From Balanoglossus misakiensis (Eukaryota; Animalia; Hemichordata), in assembly GCA_040954595.2 (NCBI GenBank), contig CM082594.2, positions 2,713,319-2,777,318 of the forward strand: DNA of 64,000 bases, in the 5' to 3' direction. Of the stretch, positions 27,701 to 39,597 are shown piece by piece (the first letter of the stretch is position 1; every line of letters begins with the position of its first letter). Below the pieces are notes generated by a model that was not told where the DNA came from, searched no databases, and saw nothing but the letters and a program-made list of their open reading frames with translations. The translations under genes were made by a program, and so were the position numbers.

Positions 27701-30700
27701 GAAAATGTAAAATTCACTGAAAATGTTGCATTCCTCACTTTGAAACTTCATAACCAAAGCATGATCTCATCCACTAGAACTCATGGAAGAAGATGTACTC
27801 CACTGAGACATTACATTTTCATTTTTCATTGCAATATTTCACAGTTTTTTTAAACCGTGGGAAATTTCAACTGAACTGATATTTCTTTAATTTTGTGGCC
27901 ATTTTGTCATAAATAAGTGTTGATCTTGATATAGTGTCGAGTAATATCATTTAATTGACAGACTAGAAGCCTTTCCAAGATTATTTATTGGAGATATTTT
28001 AAGCTTAACATATTCTAATTCAGTTGCAGCTCATGGGGCTTTAAATTGTTGCTTGGCGCTTTTTTCCCCCCATGAATCAAAATACAGTTAGTTGATGAAG
28101 TCAAATGTCAATGATATTAATTCAGGCATAGACTTTCTCTAACTCTAAATTACCTCTGTTTCCTGTCCACCTCCACTATTAATAAGTACCTGCTCCATGA
28201 TATCTTTGAGTAGATTTCGATCTAAATAGAAAAACAACAACAAGAACTCAGAAAAAAAACCTTCAGAAATACTGGATGTAGATAAGATGCAATAGATTCA
28301 AAATATAACACTGGTTTCCTTTCAGAGAATGTTAATACATGTATATATCAATACGAACTGTGGAATTCAATAGCATTGACCAGGTTACTGCACACATGTA
28401 GAAATTGAAAAAATGGACAAATACTGAGGAAAGTGCTGATGGTAGGGTGATTAATAGAATCTCACACTCCCAAGGAGTCGCAGGCGAGTGTGGGACAAAA
28501 AATCCCCGACGAGTGTGAGAAATATGATCCCAGGTCCTTGGGAGTGCGAGATTCTATTTCTCTCATGACATAAAAATAGCCAAATTCGCATTAGAAACTT
28601 TGAATAATTGACTGTAAATGTCATATCATACGTTGTGTTTCTGTCCATGCATTACACTTAGCGCCATTGGGTAACATTTAGAGCGTGTTATTACAAAACG
28701 TTTTGTCATCCAATCAGCACTCACGTCATATAGAGCTTTCGATTCAGTGAGAGTGGGGAATCGATTTATCCCACACTCTCGATCCCAGACTCCTAGCAGC
28801 CAGGAGTGTGAGAAAATGGAATCACACAATCAACTTTCCCATCAATTTGCGTCATTACCATGACTGCCGTATATTTGAGACTTCAAACAGTTTGATTGGC
28901 TAGTCGCTCTGTGCACTCCCATATTGGTGTACAGAAAGAGCCATTTTGCATTCACCCTAATCTCTACTGCATTTCTGACAATCTCTCTAAACTACCCAAT
29001 TCCTTCTGACCAGGACTGACCTGTCAATGCACTTACCTATGAGAGGATTTCTTCGTAAGTCTAACACCATTAATGTTGAGTTAGATTTTAACACTTCAAG
29101 AAAGGCCTTTGCACCTGTGTCTGAGATCCCACATTGCTGCATATCAAGAGCTAAAACAGAAACATTATTGAGATGATGGAAATCAAAAAAGAGAAGAAAT
29201 CAGATTTCAGAAATTCAGAATTCTTAAAAGGACAGTAGCGTTAACTTATGGCTTAATTTCCGGAATTTTTGGTCTGTGTATCAAATGCAATTACTTCTTC
29301 TACTACAAACAGCATACATAATATACAAAGTACTCCGCTTGTCTTCATAGCCTGTATGTGTGTAGCAACCATTGTTATTGTTGACAAATCAAATCTACTC
29401 TAGACGTCAATTCAAAATACGCACAACTATACACATAAGTGTCTATGTTGTGTTGACAAGCTAAATGATGGGCATTTCATCATGTTTCAGGAAGTTGAAC
29501 AGGAAACTGCAGTAGATACACAAAACAAAATCACCGACTACATAGCAAAAAGTTACAGCTAATGGAGCTTTAAAGGGACAAAGTCTCTCTCTATATATCC
29601 ACATGTAGAATAACATAAACGGTGTCTTGTATCAAACATAATTAATGAAAAAAGGGCAGAGAGAGAGAGACTTTGTCCCTTTCATCATACAATGACCTGT
29701 CCTAGTTGTTTTCGCTTAACTGACCTTTAAGCCACAAGTCATCTTGAAGAGCATCAGCCATGGCTATAGCACCAGCATCATTGATAAGGGAGTTACTATT
29801 CATTGTTAATCGTCGGAGTCCTGACATTCTGTCTAGATCTGGTCTTCTGTATCTCAGACTATCTTGCCAAGCTTCACTGTGTCTCTTTGTGGCTTGGTGC
29901 TATCACACAAAGACAAAATACATTATACTGAAACTGTTCAAAGGTTCTTCACATTGGCTAAATTGTCTAAACCGAACCCTGTCTAATCTGGAAACCTGTT
30001 TATACTGAACACATTATCTTATCCCTTTGACATAGAATCACTTTTTGAAAGAACCTCTTTAAACTGGACATCTCTGCTAACCGAACCATTTTGTCAGTCC
30101 CTTAGGTGTTCAGTTTAGACAGGTTTTACTGTATTTAACTACTTTCCCTGAATAAATCCCTGTGGTCTATATTGATTTCTGGACAGACTACAGTATCGTT
30201 CGAACACAAACATTACTAATCCTTAAAGGGACAAAGTCTCTCTCTCGCTGCCCTTTTTGTTTGATACATGACACCGTTAATGTTATTCTATGATGTGGAT
30301 ATAGGGTGAATCAACGTTTGACCACGCACAACTTCCATCCCGTTTATAGGATATGAGAGTAAAAATATCGCCAAAATAAATAAGCGGTAAACACCGATTT
30401 CACTCTCATATCCTCGAAACGGGATGGAAGTTGTGTGTGGTCGAACATTGATTCACTATATATCCACATGTAGAATAACATAAGCAGTGCCTAGTATCAA
30501 ACATAATTAATAGAAAAAGAGCACTGAGAAAGAGACTTTGTCCCTTTAAAGAGCTACTATCTGTAACTTTGGCTATTCTAGTAGTGTTGCAATTACCTTG
30601 ATAACTTTGGCTAGTGTTTCAGCTCCTTTCCAAGTCATGCTACATCCAGTTAGATTCAAGGAATGAACATTGGCTGAATTCCTGATACCTTGGCATATTA

Positions 30701-32544
30701 TGTCTACTCCAATATCTCCTATCCTGCAATATTCCAGTGATACATGACTTAATGACATGTTTTTGGATAAACCCTGAAATAAAATACAGAGAAGAAATAC
30801 ATACATATATTTGTTAAATATTCAAATGAGATTAAAGAACTGCCAAATGTCGTATATATTAAGATGACAGCAGATTGACAATTGGTGGTCAGCAGATGAA
30901 ATTAAATATGGCAAATTCATACGGAAACATGATTTATTTCATTGTGCATAAAATGACCAAAACTTGACAGTTCAGCTGAGGAAAATACTTGTGATGTAAT
31001 GGCCATGTGACCACTTGTCTTCAACTCACGGTGACACAGCCATTACATGTAATATGTTTCTTGTAACATCCCCAGATGGACGAACAAAAATATTACCTAA
31101 TAATATATCACTATAACACACCTCAGGCTTACATGTATACTGTGGTGTGATTTGCTACAATTGGTTATGTGATCAGAACAATTATTACCTGTCATGTGAC
31201 TGACAGCGTTCATATTAGGACATGAGCATCAAGACATGAGAAAGAGTTGCCTGCCCCTTTTGCGAGCTACAACACGTGTTTATCACCCTTCATTGACTGT
31301 AAGTTACCAGAATTGCATACTATCCTAGTAACTCACAGTCCCTTCGGGGCAGCAACTAGCAACTGGGTGCTATAGCCCACATGGCCATGTAATTTGAGTA
31401 GAATATTAAATAAAAGTTTGACCTTTGCAAGAGCTGACAGGTCCTTTTCCCTGAGTGGCAATCCCTGCAATTCTAATACAGCTAAGGCTGGTGTCACTGT
31501 TAGACAGTCTTTCAGAGCTTGAGCCAGTCTGTGAGTGACATCTTTACTTCGAATAGCTGGTGCTTTCTTCTTTGCTGCATATTTCTGTGCTTCAGATATT
31601 TCTTCTGCAATACATGCATTGAAAAATGTAGGTTTTACAAATGTATTTACAGTTTAGATCGCAAACCTTCACAACATGCAAAGTTTCAAAAAATAATCAA
31701 GAAGTAAATGTGTAAACTTTGTAAACTTGGAATATGAATGGGTATGATTGCAATTATTTCACATTACACACACACACATACATGTATATGTAAATACACA
31801 CAGGTATATGTAAGCACATATAACAAACAGTGGCTGATCCCATAAGCCCCTCCCACTGCTAGAACCAAACAGAACCTAAAAAGTGTGTATCGCCTTTGTA
31901 CTAATGTGTAAAAGAACTATTAATTAAGAAGATGACAGGATGCTGTGCAAATAGTGTGTGCAGATATAATACTATAATATTTAAATAATTGTATTCTTCT
32001 ATTACATGTATACAGTGTTCTCCCCAGAAATATCTGATAGAATAACGGCTAATTTACATAATAATGTTATTAATTGTTATGTTAATTAAGTTATATTGTT
32101 TTTTTACAAAATTAAAGAGTAGTGGCCACTATGCTTTAATTGCTCTGGGGAGAACACTGTGTATATCAACAATCACTACATGTACATGTAATATTGTAAT
32201 ACGTACATACGTGCAACAGAACAATAAAAGTGAAGCAGATTTTGGGGATGTAACACATAATTCTAGAAATGCAAGTGAAAAGGAGTAACTTTACCTTCCT
32301 CTGTCACATACTGGTAGTAACTCCTTATCCCAATAAATCGCAAGTGTCTGTTTATCTTGATTGAATTCAAAATGGGAGTCCAGTCATTCAGTCGTATCCT
32401 GTCTGCATTGATGTCCAGCACACCATCACTGACATGTGCTTTCACTGACTGAAGAGGACATGAATCTTGAAGCATGCACAGATTATCATAGTGACTTGAA
32501 AAATCATATGCTCCTCTTTGCCTGGCCTGTACACTTTCAATCAT
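24719..32544 (-). CDS. CEP78: Centrosomal protein of 78 kDa (LRR N-terminus, coiled coil, acidic tail), about 736 aa
   Basis: [28 protein letters not shown]...[42 protein letters not shown] and KTTIRIG match CEP78 as recalled. Exons: 32544-32295, 31604-31423, 30773-30597, 29899-29725, 29150-29037, 28221-28154, 27473-27214, 26784-26460, 25933-25749, 25193-24719 (TAG). All GT-AG, total 2211 nt. Confidence 0.93.
27538..28040. mobile_element. Kolobok-like element family C
   Basis: TIRs aagccccattagctgcaact...agttgcagctcatggggct|ttaa. Related internal sequence at about 25960-26320 and 46290-46515; related ends at 4925, 9600-9618 and 62325-62348. Confidence 0.7.
28450..28830. repeat. Dispersed repeat with internal hairpin; related copy at about 15300-15750
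   Basis: Shared gtgagaaatatgatcc...tccttgg.agtg.gaga, tgaataattgactgt and tcatccaatcagcactca segments. Confidence 0.65.
29227..29569. mobile_element. Kolobok-like element related to family C
   Basis: ttaa|aaggacagtagcgttaact...agttacagctaatggagct|ttaa; its right part recurs at about 4640-4925. Confidence 0.7.
29574..29680. mobile_element. MITE family A, internally deleted copy retaining both ends
   Basis: ttaa|agggacaaagtctctct...gagagactttgtccct. Confidence 0.8.
30227..30545. mobile_element. MITE family A, full copy with TTAA on both sides (CEP78 intron)
   Basis: ttaa|agggacaaagtctc...gagactttgtccct|ttaa. Confidence 0.88.
32013..32159. mobile_element. Short TIR element (hAT-like CAGTG ends)
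   Basis: cagtgttctccccag...ctggggagaacactg flanked by direct tgtata on both sides. Confidence 0.7.
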
Positions 32545-33340
32545 TTCGATGACCACCTATGATGAAAGAAAGAAATAAAACTCCTAGATTTTGACAGGCT
32601 CAAATCATCCAAATCAAACCACTTACTTTGCCAATCTCAGTGGAAAGTCAAAGTGAAATACCAAATATGTTTTGGCCAATCAACACCAGCGGTCATCATG
32701 TCACCATTAAACAAGCAGCCAACAATGTATCAGCTGTTTTAAAAGACAAGCTCCATTCAAATATTATACATATTTATGTATATCAAAGAAAATGTTTGTG
32801 ATGAATTTGCACATTAAATATCACAGTCAATAGTTGACTGGTGAATTGACTGAGACCTTTCAACCCTCAAGTGCAATACCAATTCATACATTATACGTTA
32901 ACATATATAGTACCAAGTCGGAGTATCACCGTGTCAATGACGAGGGCGCGGAAACACTCAAACAAGTCTGGTCATGCCACAATAAAAATTGGCTGCGAGT
33001 CAAATAAATCCACTATTGGGAGAATGTATGCCGCAATGAGTTTGAAAAATGCCACCACAAACTTCATATTAATTCTGTTGATCTTCTCCTTCGTGAAAAT
33101 ATTTCCGGGGATGAGAAATTATGCGTAACGTACGATGGGAAACTGATCTGTCAGTGACCTGAACTGAACAACAACTCAAAGTTTGTTTACGTTTGCAAGA
33201 GCATTTGTAGTTGTACGACCGACCCAATCTGTTGTACCAAAGTCCCGCATACCCTATTGTTCACTCGACTCTATAAATCTTTGAACATTTTCCCAACAGA
33301 CTCTGCTGGTACAGTTATTTATAAATAAATATGAAATTAC

Positions 33341-33400
33341 CTGTAAATTCTCTGGACGTCGCTATCGTGCTTCTATCTTGTCATTCACTTGTTTTAAAAT
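33341..33400 (-). other. CEP78: Probable non-coding first exon of CEP78 (upstream boundary approximate)
   Basis: Donor CAG|gtaatt at 33341/33340; an acceptor (catag|) lies at 32557/32556, 12 nt before the ATG. Confidence 0.55.
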
Positions 33401-33580
33401 GGCGCCGTTGATCGCAACGCACTGCGGATAGTCAGGTGACAGAGGTCAAAGGTCAACGAAATAAGTGTATGTGTCATTCCAGGTCATCCAGGTGACCGGC
33501 CAGCTGGTTATCCTATGAATCGCCCTCTTTCGACTTGTGCTGCTGCTTGTCGGCTATATTTCAGAGTAAACCCGATCAAA
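33390..33580. promoter_or_regulatory. Compact bidirectional promoter shared by CEP78 and NATD1
   Basis: Head-to-head genes about 200 bp apart, CpG-richer than flanks. YY1-type AAAATGGCG at 33396-33404; perfect DR1 AGGTCA-A-AGGTCA at 33443-33455. Confidence 0.6.
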
Positions 33581-34851
33581 ATGGCTTCGAGTCGAACAGG
33601 TGATCGACGAGAGATCGCCGGCAATATACAATACATCGTTGGACACGATACTGCGAACAAGGAATTTTACATCAAACTCGATCAAGGTAGGCGTGCACAT
33701 GGCTATCACGGGCTAGCTCTCAAATCAACAACTCGAAGCCGACTGATTGCAACTGTAAGTGAAATCAGTTGTAGTGGGGCTTGTTGTTGGTGTAAGTGCC
33801 TGTGATTTGTCCCGCACAGGTACCCGCCCGTAGAAATAGAATTTCATATTATATAATTATTATAAATACTTTGTATAAACCCACCGTCATACCCTTATCT
33901 GTCCTTATGCAACTTACCGTAATACATTTAGCCTTATTTCAGTTCATCAGTATAAGAGATGAGCAAATCTTAATATTTTTTTGAAACTTTATGCGGAAGT
34001 TATAATCAGGTTAACTATTTATATTTTCTTTTTTTCATCAGATTCCAAAGATAAGGCCATTTTACAGTATGATTTAATCAGAAAAGGTATTGTTGATATC
34101 CAGCATACAGGAGTACCAGAGACATACAGGGGTAAAGGTATTGCCAAGATTTTAGTCAAGGTAAATGTAATATTCATCTGAAGTGTGTAGTACCAGGATT
34201 ACATAGGGTAAAATCAAAACGTTTCAGAGACACTAGTTGCCTATGGTAAACACAGAGCATTAATCCTTTGAGTTGCCTTGCATCCACACACACAAAGTTT
34301 ATATATAGGCGCTGAGGCTCGGCCCCATAGACAATATGTTGCAGAGAGGTGCTTTGGTCTGGCCATCAAATCCGTCTCAAATCTGAGACGTTTCAGGACC
34401 ACTTTAATCGTTCACAATAATTAATGGCAGCAGTGTCCTTGATGCTATTACTAGTATTAAGTTATGTAGTCACCTATGCAAATTTAGCTACCGTTACCAT
34501 GGCAAAATGAGATCTAGTCAATCACAGATTTTCAGTGGGTGGTACATGCAAAAGAAGAGGGTCACCAGCTCACCTTCATTACTACACTCAGATATGCTTT
34601 TTTGCCATTTATGGACATATGTAAATTGGAGGTGACTGTGTAACTTTAATAATACAGTCCCTGTGATGTGCCATATTCTGACATGTTGACAAATAAATGT
34701 TGGTGTTCTGATAAACACTTTGATTTCTCTGCAGGCCGCACTGGATCATTTTGTTGCTGAAGACATGAGGATACGACTGAGTTGTTGGTATGCTAAGAAA
34801 TACGTGGATGACAATCCAGTGGCTCAGTATACAGATCGTGTTGTGCCATGA
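33581..34851 (+). CDS. NATD1: NATD1 (small GNAT/YjdJ-like N-acetyltransferase domain protein), 113 aa (135 aa from the upstream in-frame ATG at 33515)
   Basis: Exons 33581-33686, 34042-34160, 34735-34851 (TGA). Motifs [28 protein letters not shown] (acetyl-CoA binding RGKGIA) and LSCWYAKKYV. AATAAA at 35041. Confidence 0.9.
34460..34646. mobile_element. MITE family B, diverged copy in NATD1 intron 2
   Basis: gtcacctatgcaaatttagctaccgttaccatggc...ggtgactgtgtaact|ttaa. Confidence 0.7.
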
Positions 34852-35199
34852 CAGACTATGGCTTTAAGTACACAACATGCTTGTTGAGAATGGAAATTGT
34901 GTCAATCAAGAGATTTTACTGCTCTTCACAGCAAACCTATGCAGGGGCTTACTCATTTATATTTGAAATTTGTATTATGTTAATACTTGTAATCAAGTTT
35001 GTTCTGGTTTTCAATTCTGTATTGTAGATTGTATAGTGGGAATAAATTATGCAACCACCATTGTCAAATACTTCTGTCACAGAATTTTTTATCTAATAAA
35101 TAAAGATCCTGATAGACAAATCTGATAAGTGGTTGCTTTCTGGCACAGCAATAAATGTTTGGTCCAGTAGAGAATGGACAGCAAAAAATCCAGACATAA

Positions 35200-37174
35200 A
35201 TCACATAGCTTATGCTGCAACATGAACAAACTTTATTGAGAAAATACAACAATAAGTTAAATGCATAGGTAAAGTGTACATACGAGAAAAAAATCCAGAA
35301 AAAATATAAATTAAGTACTCCGCAAAAAGCGAGAAGTTCCCTGATTAGCAAATACTGAAAAGTTTGCATTAACAACTGTATGGACATCAAAGTCAACAAA
35401 CAAGTCAGTCAAAAAACAGCATAGGCAATTTACCCTCAAACTTATGTTTAACAGTATCTAGTCTTGAATTCAAGCCAAAGATTACAATATACCGTCCAGT
35501 ACTTAATGTTTGATCACAAAAGACAATTCATGAACCTCGTATCTTTGCCCAAGAATAGCACCAGTCTGATGAGATCAGCTTCCGTCTTGACAGATTTCTA
35601 AAACTGCTTTCCAGCCCAAACGAACTCCTTTATAAATGAACAATACAGTCAAAAAAAGGTTGATATATTACTCAAGTTATACACACCTAGTGAGACAAAG
35701 TTAAAAAACAACACAGAATGTTACATTTAACACACACACACAAGAGCTAAAGTATCTGGCACAAAAACATGTTTCAGCCAAATTGATCAAGTCCAAAGTC
35801 AGGGTCGGTCGGTCTTTATCCAGTATCAGTTACGTCTGAAAGCTCAAACTCAGATTTGTAAATTTTTATGCCTTAAAAGCTCGACTTGTACATGATAATC
35901 ATATGTTCAAACTTGCACGTCCCGTAAACTCAATTTGTCGTACACATAATATAAACCCTGCTCTGCAAAGTAAATGTTTCAGATCAATATTAAACTTGCA
36001 TCCGACGTGAAATATGAAAATATTTCAAAATAGCAAAAGACAAGTTCAGCTCCAATACTCAATGGTTTGACAAATTATTTTAAAAAATGTAGTATTTTTT
36101 TGAGAAAAGTGGGTAAAAGTTCATAGGCATCTAGTTGTGTGGTGTTTATCTTATGTTAAAAACTCTGCAGTCATGTGTTGAATTTCTAAAAGTGGGAAAT
36201 GGTGACTGTCAGTTGCAAGAGGCTGAAGTTCAATCAATGAACATTATCTCTTTAAATAATGCATTAAAATGAAAATAAATGAACAGGTTAATAGTTGATA
36301 AAAATGCAGTTAATTCTCATGTCTACACCATTTCAACTGCACTTACAATTTGTAACTTGTCACATCCGTTTTTTTTTTTTGCATTGAAAATGAACATTTC
36401 CACTAAGAACTTTTTTGTCTTCTACGAATTACATTTCTCAACAGCTTAGACTGTTGGTGATGACAGTTACAATAACAATCCATATTAGGTTTAAGTCAAA
36501 CCTTTCAAAATCAAAATCCAAAGCTGTTAAATCCATAAAATTCCATTATGATAAAATCCGGTCATGGTTGTACTTGCCTTTGGTGGTTAAAGAAAAGAAA
36601 CCTTAATTTATATAATCCAATATAATTTTGGTCACAAACATGACCAGTGAACTTTACTGATAAAAATAACGCTGAATTGTAACGATTTGAAAGTAATGAC
36701 TAGTTTATTGCACTGAGGCAAAGTGCACGATGTCATGATTTGCTCATCTTAACTACGTAATGAGCTGAATGTAGTAAGTGATATTTTTTGCAGCAAGATA
36801 ACCAACAGTCCTCTGAAGGACCTACTGGGTTTACTTTAATCTGCTTCTTGTACACATAGCACCGTGTGAAATCTGTTTGCCTTCAAAATTGATTTGGAAG
36901 GACTTTAAAAACTGAACATTTTCTGACTTCAAAACATTGCAATATTTTCTTAACTCTCTGCCTTTTCAATACCTCCTTTTCATTGACGTTATGAGTGGTT
37001 CTCCCCAACATGGCGACTCAAACGCTGAATGCACTGGAGTGAATTGCAGCTGGCATTTGAACTGGCCAAAAGCTGCTCTTGTGAAGAGCTGGCATTATCC
37101 TTCAGATAGCTGATCACCTCGATCGCACTATCCTGCAACAAAAGTTAATGTCACTCTTGGGAACTTCTTCTTCT
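35200..37174 (-). promoter_or_regulatory. Probable long CPEB1 3'UTR with polyA signals and CPE-like motifs
   Basis: Repeat-poor, U-rich on the minus strand. AATAAA (minus) at 36704-36709 and 35232-35237; UUUUUAU at 36298-36304 and 36660-36666; UUUUAAU at 36263-36269. Confidence 0.5.
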
Positions 37175-39533
37175 TCACATCCCACAAGTTGTCTGAACAG
37201 CGGCAGTGGCAGTGCCAATAGCAGACGTGGTAGGCACACCACCCACTTCACGGGATTTGCTATTGCGCATCAAAGGCTTGTGATTGCGCAGTGTATCCAG
37301 TGAATGGTGCCACAGCCAGCAGGAACGACAGTAGTACTTGAAGCACTGGACTTCACGGCAGAAGAATGGTCCCGGTTGAGTCTGGCATGAGCTGCAGAGA
37401 GAGTCCTCCAAGTAGGGGTCAATTTGCACCTGAAAACACAAACAAAACTTGTATGAAAGCTCAAATAAAGTTATGAATGTTCAATCTCAATGCCCTTGCT
37501 ATCCTATTGTGATAAAAAAATTGGCGATTTTTGACCATGCATCTTCCAATATTGGTATATTGATTGTACCCAATTCAAGTGCTCTAAATACGTAACTATA
37601 TATTTTTGTGTGCATTTTACATGTACATTTGGAAAATGGGCTGGGCAGATCTGTTACAGTAGAAGTTCTCATTAATTTCTGGGGAAATCATACTAATGGA
37701 GAAACACAATGCAAGCACCCAGGCTTTTGAGTCACAAAACATTTTTCACAGTGATTGAAATTTCATAATAATTCTGATCTGTGGTCCTTAATTACACTCT
37801 CCAAAAATCAAGATAGTAAATCATAAATACTCTAGTTTGATGCCCTATCTAGTGAAGGTCGAAAAATCTAAAATGACATTGAACTTTTCCCATAAAGACA
37901 CGATTACAAAAATATTTTAAAAATGGTGTCAAGTGAAGGACATTGTGCTCCCAACTTGATCAGAATTGTCACATAAAAATTTTAATCATACTTTTGGCAT
38001 ATTTTATTATGACATCCCTTGGGCCCTACAAACCAAACTGCAAAACAGGCAAGCGACAATATATCATAACTACAAAATTCTTACTCCAAAAACAACATTC
38101 TGCATTTTAGTTTTCCAAATACTATTGGAGCAAACTCTCCACTAGAAAAGCAAACAAACAAACAGGCTGTGGGACTGACAGGTATTTCAAGAAATGATAT
38201 TAATACTCATTCGCGCCTTAGACAAAAATGATTCACAAAAAAATCTGAGAATGATTTCCTCTCCTTGGTCTAATTGTTACACATTCTTACCTTCTTTGTG
38301 AATTTGGGGGTTTTAATCTCAACAAAGGCAGCAGTGACTGCTTTCATGAAGCTTTTGTGGTTGTTGAAAGTAACTCGACCAGATCCTGCAAAACAATTTA
38401 ACACTTGTAATTTTTGCTATTACAAATATCCTTACCATATTTGTGCCATGAAATCTTTCCATAAGAACAGCAATGTAATTGATCTTGTCTGACAGCTTTA
38501 GCAATGTTGACCAATGTGTTTTTAAAAGTATACGGTCACCTATGGAAAATTAGCTATAGTTACCATGGTGAATTGAGATGCTTAATTTTACCAAGATTGA
38601 ACCTGGTATAACATTTAATATGAAGTAGATTATTTCGGGGTTAATTGGTAATTGGCTGTCTGGACTCCAGCCTTGGTAATGTTGCACAGTGTACTCACCA
38701 ATGGGGTACTTGTGTTTATCAGTGTCAATGCCAGCATACACAACACCACCAAACAAGTCATTCATGATATGGGCCAAACCATCGGCAGTCAGCATACCAT
38801 GTAAAGCACCAACAAAGACCGTCTTGCTAGGTTCTAAGCGCTGTGATGGACAACGAACTGAATTGCTGTCAGATAATATCCATGGAATAACTTGAACCTG
38901 ATCAGAGATGATGCAACAATATTTATTAGTAATATTTCAACCAAGTTAAAATCATTAAGCAAATTTCAAGAATGTACACAAAACATTTGCACTACAAAAA
39001 TTAATATGACGGCTGAAGTTCCTTGAATGGCATCTGGTAGCTGAAAACAATCATTCCAGAGTACTATCAACAATTTAAAGATTCGATCACTTACCTCTTT
39101 GGATCGCATTCTCCTGCTTGACAATTTGAAGTAGTAATCACCGCCATTGCTGAAGTCATGTGTACAAGACTGTAGCAAAGCTTTCACACATTTTTCACTC
39201 TCAAACAATATGTAAACATATCCTGTTAACAGAAAGATTGTCAAAATTCACCGCAGACCTTCATGTGATTGTGATACACATCACAGAACACCTTAGTTTA
39301 GGCAGCTGAGATATTATATTATATTTTATATATATGTACTATATATTTGCTGTACAGTCATGTAATGTGGCTCTGGAGATGCAAAAATTGTAACAAAATT
39401 GATGCTTGGCAGCCATATTGGATCATATATCACAGGACAAATTACATGCACATGTACATTATGATGTCACTGTTCCAATACAGACTTTGAATGAAATTGG
39501 TCTAGGCATTTTCAGAGTATTCTGGCTCTAGAC

Positions 39534-39597
<64 letters not shown>

